The notes beneath the pieces are model-generated. The model worked only from the letters and a program-made list of their open reading frames with translations, was not told the origin of the DNA and did not search any database. A stretch of 64,000 nucleotides of DNA from Tricharina praecox (lineage: Eukaryota). Shown here piece after piece: positions 53,051-64,000 of the stretch (position 1 is its first letter; each line of letters begins with the position of its first letter). Where the stretch lies: the NCBI RefSeq assembly GCF_024521635.1, contig NW_026250407.1:868001-932000 (forward strand). Direction: 5' to 3'. The position numbers and the translations under genes are program-made.

Positions 53051-53620
53051 AATAAAGCGATGTTCCGTACTTGCGGCGGACGACTAGTGGTTTCTATAAA
53101 CGACGGCGACGACGGCGACGACGGCAATGACCGGCGCGCGCGTAGCGGATAGCATACCTGTGTACAAAGCATAGTACTACACCACAATCCAGGGGAAGGT
53201 GGCCTTTCTGTCATTCTCGTTCCGGTTCCATTGGGGGAAGGGGGGTTTCTCTACGATTTTGCTTGTTGTATATCTCTCTTTCCGGTTCACTGGTTTTCTT
53301 TTCCATTTTTTCTTGTCTTGCTTTTTTCCATGCAATCGCAACGGAGTTTGAACATTGAACAGTAACGGTATTACGGTAACGGGTCATGGTCATGTCCTGT
53401 ATGATGAAGTAGATGCATGTGAGAATGGGGTATCGTATCGTATCTTTTGACCCTCGCTCGCGCGCGCATGTAATGTGAACTGAACCATTGAAGGCTACGA
53501 AACTACAAATTGGTATGAAACAACCCGTATGAAACAAACAAACAGGACGACGACGATCACTGAAATCGGATCGTATCGTATGAAAGAAACCGAATCACTC
53601 CCGATCACTAAACCGTATGG

Positions 53621-54015
53621 TCAATCCCGTCTCGCGGCAGGCGCCGCCCACCCGCGCCTCCTAAACGGCCCGTCGGTGCCCGCATCATCAGTCGGCAGCC
53701 CGGCAAAGGCCTTGAGCATCTTCAACCGCAGCCGCGGAATCGACTGTCGTTCGTTCGCACACACACCGTAAGCTCCCCCTCCCGCCTTCACACACAGAAT
53801 GAGAGAGGGAAAAGAACCTCGTTATTGGCAATAGAGTGCATAGCCATCAGCTCCCAGCACTCGAGGTTCACTGCGATCGTGTAGCGCCGGTCGAGCGTTT
53901 CGTAGTCGATTGTGGTCAGCCGGCGGGGGTTTGTGGGTACGGCTGGCGGGGAGGCGGCGGAGGTCGAGGTAGAGCCGGTGGGGCCAGAGGGGGGGCCGGT
54001 GGGGGGGCCTGTCAT
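53621..54015 (-). CDS. Small hypothetical protein (106 aa, 2 exons)
   Basis: Exon 54015-53818, intron GTTCTT...CAG, exon 53743-53621. The spliced core reads ELMAMHSIANNE-SIPRLRLKMLK. Confidence 0.65.
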
Positions 54016-56492
54016 TATTGTGGTGATGGTGGGTTTGGGGGTTGATGGTTGATACTGGGGGTTGATATTTGGCGTTTGGGGGTTGATTGTGGGTGAGTTC
54101 GATGGTCGCGGCGGCGGGCTTGCGAGCGAGCTGGATTGCGAGTGAGCGAGCTTGGGTGTGCGAACTAGAGGGGGCTAGTGAGCTCGCTTGCGATGCTTGC
54201 GAGAGAGCTTGTGTTGGCCGTTTGCATGCGCGTGCGCCGTGCGGGGATGGGAGGGGGGAGGGGCGAATGTGGTGTGAGAGGAGGGGGGAGGGGAGGGGAG
54301 GGTGGGTTAGGGCCTAAAGATTGGGGCTTGGAATGGGATTGGAATGTGTTGGCCGGTTCATGGTGGAGCACTCGGTGGGTGAAATGGTCGGACGGACGAA
54401 GGGTCTGGAAGCCCCCATTCGAAGCTGTGTACGTCGACGGCTTTTCTCGTCGTGGCTTGGAACATACTTAGGTAGATAGCCACGGACGTTGACCGCCGAC
54501 TGTCTTTTCTGGAGCATCTCCCCGGCTGTGCGCAAGGAATGCCTCGACCGTGAGTCCGTGACGCATGAGAGCTTTTCCTGGAGCTCTTGTGTGTACTTTA
54601 GTAGCTACAGCTGTATCCTACTCTTACTTGTGTACAATACAAACATGAACGGCCAGGGCAGAGTTCAGACCATACGGTAGGTATATATGTGGACATACCA
54701 TTTGCCGAGTACATAGAAACCTACTTTTCACGTAGGCAAGCGCTACGGGCCATACCGTGGGCAGGCCTGAGGTATCTACCTTAGGTAGTCGACCAAAACG
54801 CCGACACGGCTGATATTTCCTTTGCAGCGTGGGCGTATGAGGTCTGTCTGCGGGCTGCTGGGTGGGTGGGTCCTTGTGCAGTTGTTTGGCAATAGCCCTT
54901 TGTTTCGTCAATATGATGTACTATCACAGTACAAGAGAGGGTGAAATTTACTGTAGTGCTACATATAGTTGACGATACATGGTCGCATATTTGCATGTGA
55001 GGTTTCAATACTTCAGTGACGCACTGTGAATCCCCACGTGGCCGGCCCAATCAAAACGCACGTTGACAGTGAAGTCTGCAGTTCCTATCCATCCTCCGAA
55101 GCCCTAATAGCCGCCTCTCCGCACCATACATCCAATCAATAATCACACCGCAGGAGCCAAGAGAAAATCCTCGACGAGCTCCAACAGCGACGAGTGACCC
55201 GTCATGACTTCCGCCGCGAGTGCGAGTGCGAGTGACGGGTAGTTGATACTCCAACTATCACCCGGTCTCCCGCGAACGGAGTTTCGTGTGTAGAGTATGT
55301 ACTGTATCCCAAGCCATCTCGCAGGAGCAGAGTGCAAAAGTGCAATACCGATCACGCTTCGCGAATCCTCGGGTGTCCGAGCTGCCGCACGCATGATACG
55401 ATTCGGCCCTCTCGTGGATAAAAAGATGGTGGGGTTCCCGCCGCCTGCATCCCCGGGCACAGTTCTGGGCGCCGATCCGTCCGCCGGTCCGCCGCACGGC
55501 TTTTGTGGCGACAGCCGACAACCAACGGGACCGTTGCGCCCTACATACGTTCTGGGGGCAGCCCCGTGAGTTGCCGATGTCTACAGTACCGTGCGATCGG
55601 CGTGGCTCACGGGAGGGCTGGTCTTAACTGACTGGATTGGGCGTTGCTGCTCTTCAATTTTCCGGTCGGCTTTGGAAGCGCATTTGATACCAGGCCGATA
55701 GGAAGGTTACCTAGGTTATATAGGTAGTAGGCATAGCAATTCGCGGAATCCGTCGAATTAGAGTAGGTAGGTATTACGGTTGGTCGCGAGAGGAGGGAAG
55801 GAGAGAGGAAATGAGAGAAGTCGGTGTGAAAATGGAGGGATTATGGTTGGGCTTCTGTAGTGATTCTTCCGGTTGGCCAGGGCCACCCCGTACATATATT
55901 CCGGCCCTTGACCGTAGCTACCAGGTCTGGAGGGATGAATTCAAGAATGGTTTGTGGGCGGACGGACTACCTACTATATTTGATTTTGCCGTCCTCTATT
56001 CATCCCCGTTAACGCGACCGGCGTTGCCGAGATACCTTATACCGGTACTATGGAGGCGTCGCGTATGAAGTACAGTTCATATTGGGTTTTGCCGCGCCTC
56101 CGATACTCTAGGTGTCCGAACAACCGCGAGGGATGCCTGAGAGTAAGCTTTTTCGTGCAGCCTCCTAACTGCAAGTGCAAGTGTAAGTGCTGACAGCTTA
56201 CTCCAACCCTCATGGATGGATGGATGGGTGGATGGCAGGAATCCCTCGACACTCGCTATGCGCGCCAGGGGCATTAAGTTCATTTTGCCGATCTCCATTT
56301 ATTTTTATTTCAGCGTTTGAACTTTGATTACGTGCGACACGCTGAGCATGGCAATGTTGTTCCGATATCCAAGAGAGAAAATGGATTTATTGTTGCTTTC
56401 CCGATATCTACTCTACTATCATAGGGTGCTCATCGCTCACAACTGGGACCACAATCGAGTGATGGCCCATGAATTATTCGGTACTACAACCC

Positions 56493-57253
56493 TCACGACT
56501 CAACGGCCTTGACCCTCATACCGACGACCTTGCCGGCCTTGGTATCCAGTCCGACCACATAGTACACCACCCTCGTCCCCCGTTCCGCCCGATACACCTT
56601 TACAGCAGCTTCGGACGCGGCCGAAACGGCGTCCACAACATCCTTGTACTGGCCGCGCCGATCCCACTCACTCGGCTCGAGCACCTCCACATCGCTGCCT
56701 CCACCCACCAGCTCCGCAAACTCGTCTGTGCGCCGCCACTTATCAGAAACGTTCGAAACCGATGATCCCCCCCTTCCCCCTTTTTTCCTCTCTCTTCCTA
56801 ATTCCTAGGTCGTAGCGGTACGGGTACGAAGGGGATGGATGAATGGACGGATGCGATGACATCATATCACATACCTCCGGTCGGCAACGATTCCTTCGTC
56901 CAGGAGAGTGAGACTGGCTCGAAAGCTTCGTCGACGTCCGACGTGTAGAAGCGTTCGCTGCCGAGTGCGTTGATCGCGGGATGCGGGTTCCGTTCTATTT
57001 GGGGGGTGTTGGTGACGTGTGCGGGGCTGGCATCGTCTATGCCCGTTGTGCCGCCGGAGTAGTCTTTCTGCGACTTCTTGAGGAAGGCGGCGTAGGCGTC
57101 GTCGGAGGAGGACATGTTTGCGCGTGGTGTGGTCGAGATGCGCGCGTTGGGGACGATGAGGCGGGTTGTTCTGTGGAGCTGTGGTGCTGTGGTTGATGCT
57201 GATTTCAGGATGCCGCGGAGAGAGGTGCGGTGACGCAATGTGCTGAGCCACAT
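56493..57253 (-). CDS. NuiA-like (nuclease A inhibitor fold) protein, 2 exons, alternative starts at 57253 and 57115
   Basis: Exon 57253-56875, intron GTATGT...CTGAT...CAG, exon 56725-56493. Motifs FYTSDVDEAFEPV and KVYR...VYYVVG...VVGMRVKAVES* parallel NuiA. Confidence 0.75.
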
Positions 57254-57651
57254 GATTTGGTTTGGTCTCCTTGGGAGTGTGTGGGGGATGGGGGGTCACA
57301 TCTGGAAACCGTTGGAACACCACGATCGCTCGCTCTGGATGGTTCGCGCCAAGAAACTTAGCCACGACTGTACGCGGCAAAGCTTCTTCGTCCATCGGTT
57401 TCTTACTCTGCTATCATAGTATTTCTATACTTCCCGTCTATCTCTGCTTCATGGTGACAAGATTACCTTTGTGTCTCTCACTTGTCTAACCACTACTCCG
57501 ATATCATAGAGTAGATATGTAGTACTAGCAGTTCCGCGTCGGCCAAGCTTACCTACCTAACCGACCTATCGACGGCATCTTCCAGTTTCCCACCCTTCTT
57601 ATCTTTCGCGATGTCGGAAAATCGAGCCGGCTCCGTTTGACCAGTGCTGGC

Positions 57652-57694
57652 CCGTTCTGCACCGTTCTGCACCGTTCTGCACCGTTCTGCACCG
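57652..57694. repeat. 10-bp tandem repeat (CCGTTCTGCA) x4
   Basis: Perfect visible copies. Confidence 0.9.
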
Positions 57695-60298
57695 GCCGCC
57701 CCGAACCGCTCCCCGTATCTACACACAATACCTAGTACATACTACGCGCGTCGTGTCGGCCGGCTCAGACACCTCTGCAACACCGCCGATGTCTCCGGAG
57801 TGTCGGCCTAGCGGTCTCCTTGCGGCGCGGCGATCGATGTGGCTCAGTCGATATCGCAATTGTGTCTCAGCCAGCCGTGTGGCCACGTTTGCTCGCTGAC
57901 CGCGGCGCACGCGCTTGCGCTCGGACTGCGATCGCGAAAACCCAATCATCCGATTGTAGATAACTGTTTAGTTCTACCATTCAAACGTGGCTTGCAGATG
58001 GCTGATGAGAAAGAATGACCAAGTCTAACCCCGTCCACGCGAGGCGCGGTATGTGAGATGTTCTCTGCGCGGTGAGCTGAGCTGCTGAGGACACCACCAG
58101 CCCACTGGACCAAACCCCCATCAGAGACACCAACAGCGCACGACACCACCACGACACCACCACCACAGCACACAGAGAGGAAAAAACAGATGAAAAACCA
58201 GGGGGATCGACGCCTGCGCTTTCTGTTCCTGCAGCGACGCCTATCTTCCCTACTCTACCGGTACTCTATGCAGAGAAACCCCCTTTCCGTTCGACGCTCG
58301 ACGGTCCTCAGCTGGCAGGCTCGCTCTTGCCCCTATTGGCAGTCGGGCTCGGTGCGGTACTTGCCGGTTCATGCTGTTTGCCGGAGTTATCACCAGAGCG
58401 GCTGCGAGGACCCACGGGTACCGGTGGGTGCGGTTGAATGCAGTTTTTATTCCATGCTCCCGCAGAGAGGCCTTCTCCTCCTCCTCCATCCAGAGTGAAG
58501 CACTATGGCACTCGGCGTGTCTGATGCAGGAAACGGTCGCGCATCTCCCTCTTGTTCCTCGCCTTCTTTCTTTTCCTTGCACATCTCCTTCTTCTCCCTC
58601 GCCTTCTTCATCTTCCTTGTGCGTGGCCGAGTGTAGCTAAAGCTTGGGGCCAGGTTCGGCACACGTCTCGAATACATAGGCGAGATCATATCTAACCACA
58701 CTGCACACTGCTAGTAGATACATGATAGGTACCTATTCACTCGTGTATGTACCATACACTACTAGAAGTACAAAGTCCTAACCGACTTACCTACCTATGT
58801 CATCGGCAAATAACTAACTCGCCGCTTGCCTGTCCACCTCCTTATCCGACCTGTTTCCCCGACGCGTTAGAGCATATATATCCTATAAATAATCGCACCC
58901 ACAACAACAAGCGGGTCGATCTCCGCGATTTCCGGACATCAACCGTTCTCTGGGCGAAGATTTTCGCCGTTATGTGACATCCAGAGTACCTAAGATGAAG
59001 AAGATCTGAATATCTTCCCCTCTACATAGATACTTCTTACCTAACTGCCTGGTACTGGACGTCGTGAATTTCGGCGAGAGGAGGCTGGGACGTTGGAACG
59101 CGTGGCTGATCGACAAGTGCAGACCGGCGGGCCAGCCCGTGGCGGCACTCCTACACTCTACGCGCTTAACAACTCCCATCGCACACGCGCCAGCAGGTAG
59201 CCGCATTATGTAATCGGTGACACCCTTTCACGTGCAGCCAGTCGTCTGCCGTCGATGGAAATTACTCTTCCCCGTTCGCCCGCACATCGGCTGGATTGCA
59301 AGCGCACGCACGCACGCAGACAGGATGACGGTAGGGCGGGCTCCAGCTAGATAACCATCTGGATTCCTCACCATCTGGCATCGAGATCACAACTACCTCT
59401 GCGCAGGGGCAGGGCATGGCCAGTCCTTTTGTATCGAGCAAGTAGCATGCTCTAGGGACCTTATCCCGCCGCTAATAAAAAACAAAGCATGTCCATCATC
59501 TCCCTAGTCGACATTAGCCTTGCTCACCCATGTCGTCCCCTGCTCAGTGGCGTAAGGTGCGCGAATGATAGGTTATTCCGGCGGCTTTTCGCTGGACAGG
59601 TGAGAAAGAAGTAAAACCAAGTTTCTTCTTCTGCGCCGCCGCAACCAAAAGGGATTCAGCTTCAATTGCGTGAACCCCTTGCGGCCCTTTTCCCCTTCCG
59701 CACACACAGCGATAGAGTGCGGTACCTAGATCAACTCCCGCACACTTGACTTCTTCCTTGTGTACATACCATGACCTCTCCTCCTTGACACTACCACAAC
59801 AACCACCATCACTACCGTTCGTCGAAGCTGTTGCAGGACATCACCTCTACATACCTCTACCTCCACCACTGCGAACCACAATCGCCACCCACCATCCTCT
59901 GAAGATTCTTCAGTTGTTCGAATACACACTCGCTGGTTTTGACTACGATTTCCTCACCACTTTCGTTCCCATATTACTGCCATTTTCGGCCGCAGCACAA
60001 AGGCAACACCACATAAATAGGACAAAGACGGCTGCATCATCGGTATTGCCAGGGCAATCAAACAGCTCTCACAACATATACATTACAACAATCACCACCC
60101 CCCGCATATCCGGAAAACCACCATCCTTACGCTCTCGACCGTACCCGATTTCAATTCCAGCAGCTAGAGCGACCCTGTTCCTCGCGGTGAAACTGCTGGC
60201 CGTCTGATAACATCTCAGTTGAAGGCGCTCGATTCCCCAGCCCCCGCAAACAAAGGATTCTTTTTTCTCCTTGTACTCCACTCACTCACTCGCTCACA

Positions 60299-62757
60299 AT
60301 GTCACGGCCGAGCCTGCCGCCAATAGTGGTCAACGATGGCAACAGCCCCAGCTCCAGTGGGGCGGCCGGTGTAGAGGGAGCGGCCGAAAGCACTCGAAAT
60401 ATCCCGACCCGCACATTGACACCACAGGTGCCGGTGGTCGCATCCCCAATAAGTGGTCGTAGCACGCCTTATGGTCCCTACTCGTCCCAGAGTCCCATCA
60501 ATTCCACCGTAGAGTTATTGGTGCCTCCGTCGTCACAAGCTACAAGATTCCAATCATACCTCGACAGTCCGATTTCCTCGCGCCGTTCGAGCTGGAGTAC
60601 CGACGCCGGTGGTAATGGTGACTCCCGATACGGTCCTTTCGCCTCACCATTCGAAGACTCTCCCAGTATGGCGGCATCACGAACGGGATCCCCGGACCAC
60701 CCCGATCCAATCTTCCTGCAGACCATCGCTGAGAAGTACAACATCACGCCAACGTCAGACCTACTACTCTATCCGAACGACAAGGAGGATGACGATGTCT
60801 ATCACGATCCAGCTACGGGAATGGATAATGATCGGCAGTGCGATATCTTCACCAAGAGAGGAATGGTCAACGTCGGTGGACTGGCGTTCATCACAATAGG
60901 AATCTTGCTTCTCTTCATTGGCTACCCGGTCATGTCAGTTTGCTCTGTTCTCATCCTGTGGATTTGCGCCGGAGTTGCTGCTGACTTGCCGGTGATAGAA
61001 CTTCCGTGCGCGCCTACGTTGCCGACAGCAAGAAAGATATATGTACGCAGGGAGACCTCTGTCTGGATGTTGGTCCTAGAGACCTGCTCCAGAATTTTCG
61101 AAGCTCCCTCGTCGACCCGGATACACCAGCTAGTGCGAAGTGGAGGAAATCCGCGGATGGGAAGGCTATGAAGCTTGTGGTAGGTAGCAACTTGTTGGGC
61201 GCTATTATCACGATCATGCTGATAAGCGTGTAGTTTTCCGATGAATTCAACGTTGATGGCCGGACGTTTTATCCGAATGAAGACTCGTACTGGTATGTTG
61301 AGCCGTTTGTGATTTGCTTTTTCTTGTTCTGTTTTTCTGTACCTGCAGCTGACAAAGTTTTACAGGGAAGGAATGGATCTCCATTAGTGAGTGAAACGAA
61401 TGATTCGCTTCTGTTGTGTTTTCGGACTGACAATTAGGAATCAGCGCTGCGACTGTGGACCTCGAGGTATTTACCGGCTGAATCAAGTTGATTGAGATTA
61501 GCAGGACTGACACATGCTATTTCTCTCCAGTGGTACGACCCAGACGCAATCACAACGAAGGACGGATATCTGGAAATCACTTTCGATGCCATCAAGAACC
61601 ACGACCTTGATTATCGCTCGGGGATGCTTCAGAGCTGGAACAAGATGTGTTTCAAGGGTGGTTTGATTGAAGGTATATACTTGGGCAATTCGTGGGAAGC
61701 AAGCGTCCGCGCTAACTAGAAGATCTTTTAGCTAGTATATCTTTGCCCGGTAGGGGAGATGTTTCCGGTCTGTGGCCCGGATTCTGGACGATGGGAAACC
61801 TCGGACGGCCAGGCTATCTCTCGACCACCGAGGGAATGTGGCCGTATTCCTACCACGACGGATGCGATGCCGGTATTACTGCGAATCAGTCCAGCCCCGA
61901 TGGCATCAGCTATCTACCGGGAATGAAGCTTCCTGGTTGCACTTGCTCAGGCGAGGATCATCCGAGCAAGGGCAAAGCGAGAAGCGCTCCCGAAATCGAT
62001 ATCCTCGAGGCAACTGTCGGCGATATTGGAGATGGGAAAGGAAAGGTTGGGCTGGTCTCGCAGTCGGCGCAGGTCGCACCATTCGACCTGTGGTATCAGC
62101 CAAACTACGACTTTGCGGCAGTCTACAATCCCGAATTTACGGCCATGAACACCTACCGGGGAGGATATTATCAGCAGGCCATCTCAGGGTAGGGTTTCTT
62201 GGTTCTTCACCGCTTGGATGGTTCTGACGTGGGTGCAGATTATCGGTCCTGAACAATGACTGGTACGACGGTAAAAAGTACCAGCGCTATGGATTCGAGT
62301 ACCTTCCTGGTGACGATGGGCACATTACCTGGAATATTGGAGATCAGAAAACCTGGAAGATGACCGGTGAGGCCACTGGTCCCAACGGAAACATTGGGCA
62401 GAGACCAATTCCCGTGGAGCCGATGACTGTCATCATCAACTCCGGAATGTCCACCTCGTTCGCTCTCGTCGAATTCGAGAAGCTCCTGCCGTTGTTCCCC
62501 GCAAAGATGAGGATCGATTGGTAATTCTAGCCATCCTGAACCCGAAAGCTGCGCTGTTTGCTAATCCATTCGATAGGATCCGTATCTGGCAGCTTGAGGA
62601 TTGCGAGGACTGTTCGGTGACCTGTGATCCCCCGGGATACCCGACCACCAAATACATCAAGAAGCACGAGAAGGCCTTTATGAACCCCAACCTTACGAAT
62701 TGGGAGGCCACCGGATATGACTGGCCCAGGAACGAGCTCGTGGATGGATGTGATTGA
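60299..62757 (+). CDS. KRE6: Beta-1,6-glucan synthesis-associated GH16 protein (Kre6/Skn1 family, multi-exon)
   Basis: Single TM ([19 protein letters not shown]), [44 protein letters not shown], catalytic [16 protein letters not shown]. Confidence 0.95.
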
Positions 62758-64000
62758 TCCGACCACGCTCGTCTATGTTCCCGGCATCGATTTCCCATTT
62801 AATGAGTGCCATAGCGTTTCTTGTACAGATTTCTTTCACGGCTTTTATTTCGCATCTCGTCTTTTCAGCGGCACCCATAAATGGCACCCTTGGATTCCAG
62901 GACTTTTATTTTCTTTCCCGTCCTTCACTGGACGGGCCCTCTTTCTGGGTTTGATTTACATGGAGTACTACGGGGAAGGGATTATGTTTCTTTAGGATTT
63001 CCTTGGGTTTTTTTTTCGGGGCCGGCTGGTCAGGGTACGACATGAAAACCTCTTAATGACGCGTGTGGTATGCTCATGGGTTGCTTGCTTGTTGTACGAT
63101 TTTCATGACTTCTTCATGTACATACCTTTTTTTCCCTCCACATACCTACCTAGAGTACGCTACGCTGCCATCTGTTTTGTTCTGCTCTGCTCGAGATTTG
63201 GTTTTCTCTTTTCACGTTTTAGTTTTTCTTTTTTTTCTTCTTTTTTTTCTTTTACTTGTGTTGGACATACATAGAAGCATGGAACCGATGTGTTCCTTTG
63301 GAGGGGGGAGGGGGGGATCACGATTGTATTTTAAACTACGCACATAGTATCTGACTTGCTTTACAATTGATACTGGATACCGGATGATGAAGAAGGCGAT
63401 GATCAAGTACTTGCCAAAACGTCGCAGGGCGTGTTTGCGTCCGTATTTGTGGGAACTACTTGTGAACATCTAGACGAAGTGTGATTCCTCTAGGGAGATT
63501 AGCTTTGGTCCGGTGAATGGTGATTTACAGTGTGTGTCTCTTTGCCGTCCGGATATTCGATGATACTAAACGTCAGGGAGTTGCCGGCGTATTCATTTCA
63601 TGGTCCTCGGGGTGATCTCGTCAGTACCAGCCTTCGGGCCAGCTTCGCTGCGGATACATACCAGACTACCTATCGTCGCCACGGATAGGTAGTACCCACT
63701 CAAGTACACTGTCTTTGCCGCGGATATAGGTATGTTAATATGCATGTGAATGCTGTTTCGCCCCACCCCACAAAACGGTCGGTCATACGTTGCGGGAACG
63801 CAAGTGAGTGTATGTATTAAGATACGTATCGATACGCTCAGCTACACACTTGAGTATGTAGGTACTACTAGTACCACAGGTCATCAAAACCCGATATGGT
63901 ACCTTAGGTACCTCGGTATGTACCCAATACTTGATTTCCTCGATACATGTTCAATACATAACAGTAGGTACTTAGGTATGGTTGGGCTACATTTTCATGT

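Noticed and set aside
54304..54312. CCCTAACCC on the minus strand as a telomerase RNA template
   Set aside because: A 9-mer in a G-rich promoter/leader tract with no pseudoknot or CR4/5 support; expected by chance.
58621..58665. tRNA-like A box (GTGGCCGAGTG) and GGTTCG
   Set aside because: Spacing is too short and no cloverleaf can be folded.

Overview
Gene-dense, intron-rich nuclear DNA from a filamentous ascomycete (short GT-AG introns with CTRAC branch points; Pezizomycetes is a guess). I can support 23 protein-coding genes. Most are conserved housekeeping genes: NUG1, BET2, CDC60 (LeuRS), SRP72, RPR2, MRPL16, ADE8, a VPS9-ankyrin-PX protein, SAH1, UPF0643, MIX23/Cid2, Fpg/MutM, an MCH-type MFS transporter, GEP3, PMI40, HUL4, a Zn-dependent polyol dehydrogenase, pyruvate dehydrogenase kinase and KRE6/SKN1. 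There are two RNA genes: an intron-containing tRNA-Ile(AAU) and a U1 snRNA between GEP3 and PMI40. The most interesting items are: (1) a NuiA-like (cyanobacterial nuclease A inhibitor) gene with an in-frame upstream ATG that adds a mitochondrial-type presequence, a candidate inhibitor of mitochondrial Nuc1/EndoG; (2) an apparently helicase-less derivative of the fungal F-box/SNF2 family; (3) a U1 with a non-canonical loop I and no obvious stem-loop IV; (4) a hairpin-dense intergenic segment at 33.3-33.5 kb; (5) small multi-exon genes, microexons and a uORF that the ORF track misses or shows only in fragments. All family calls come from remembered motifs, not database searches. Gene coordinates span start to stop codon, including introns.
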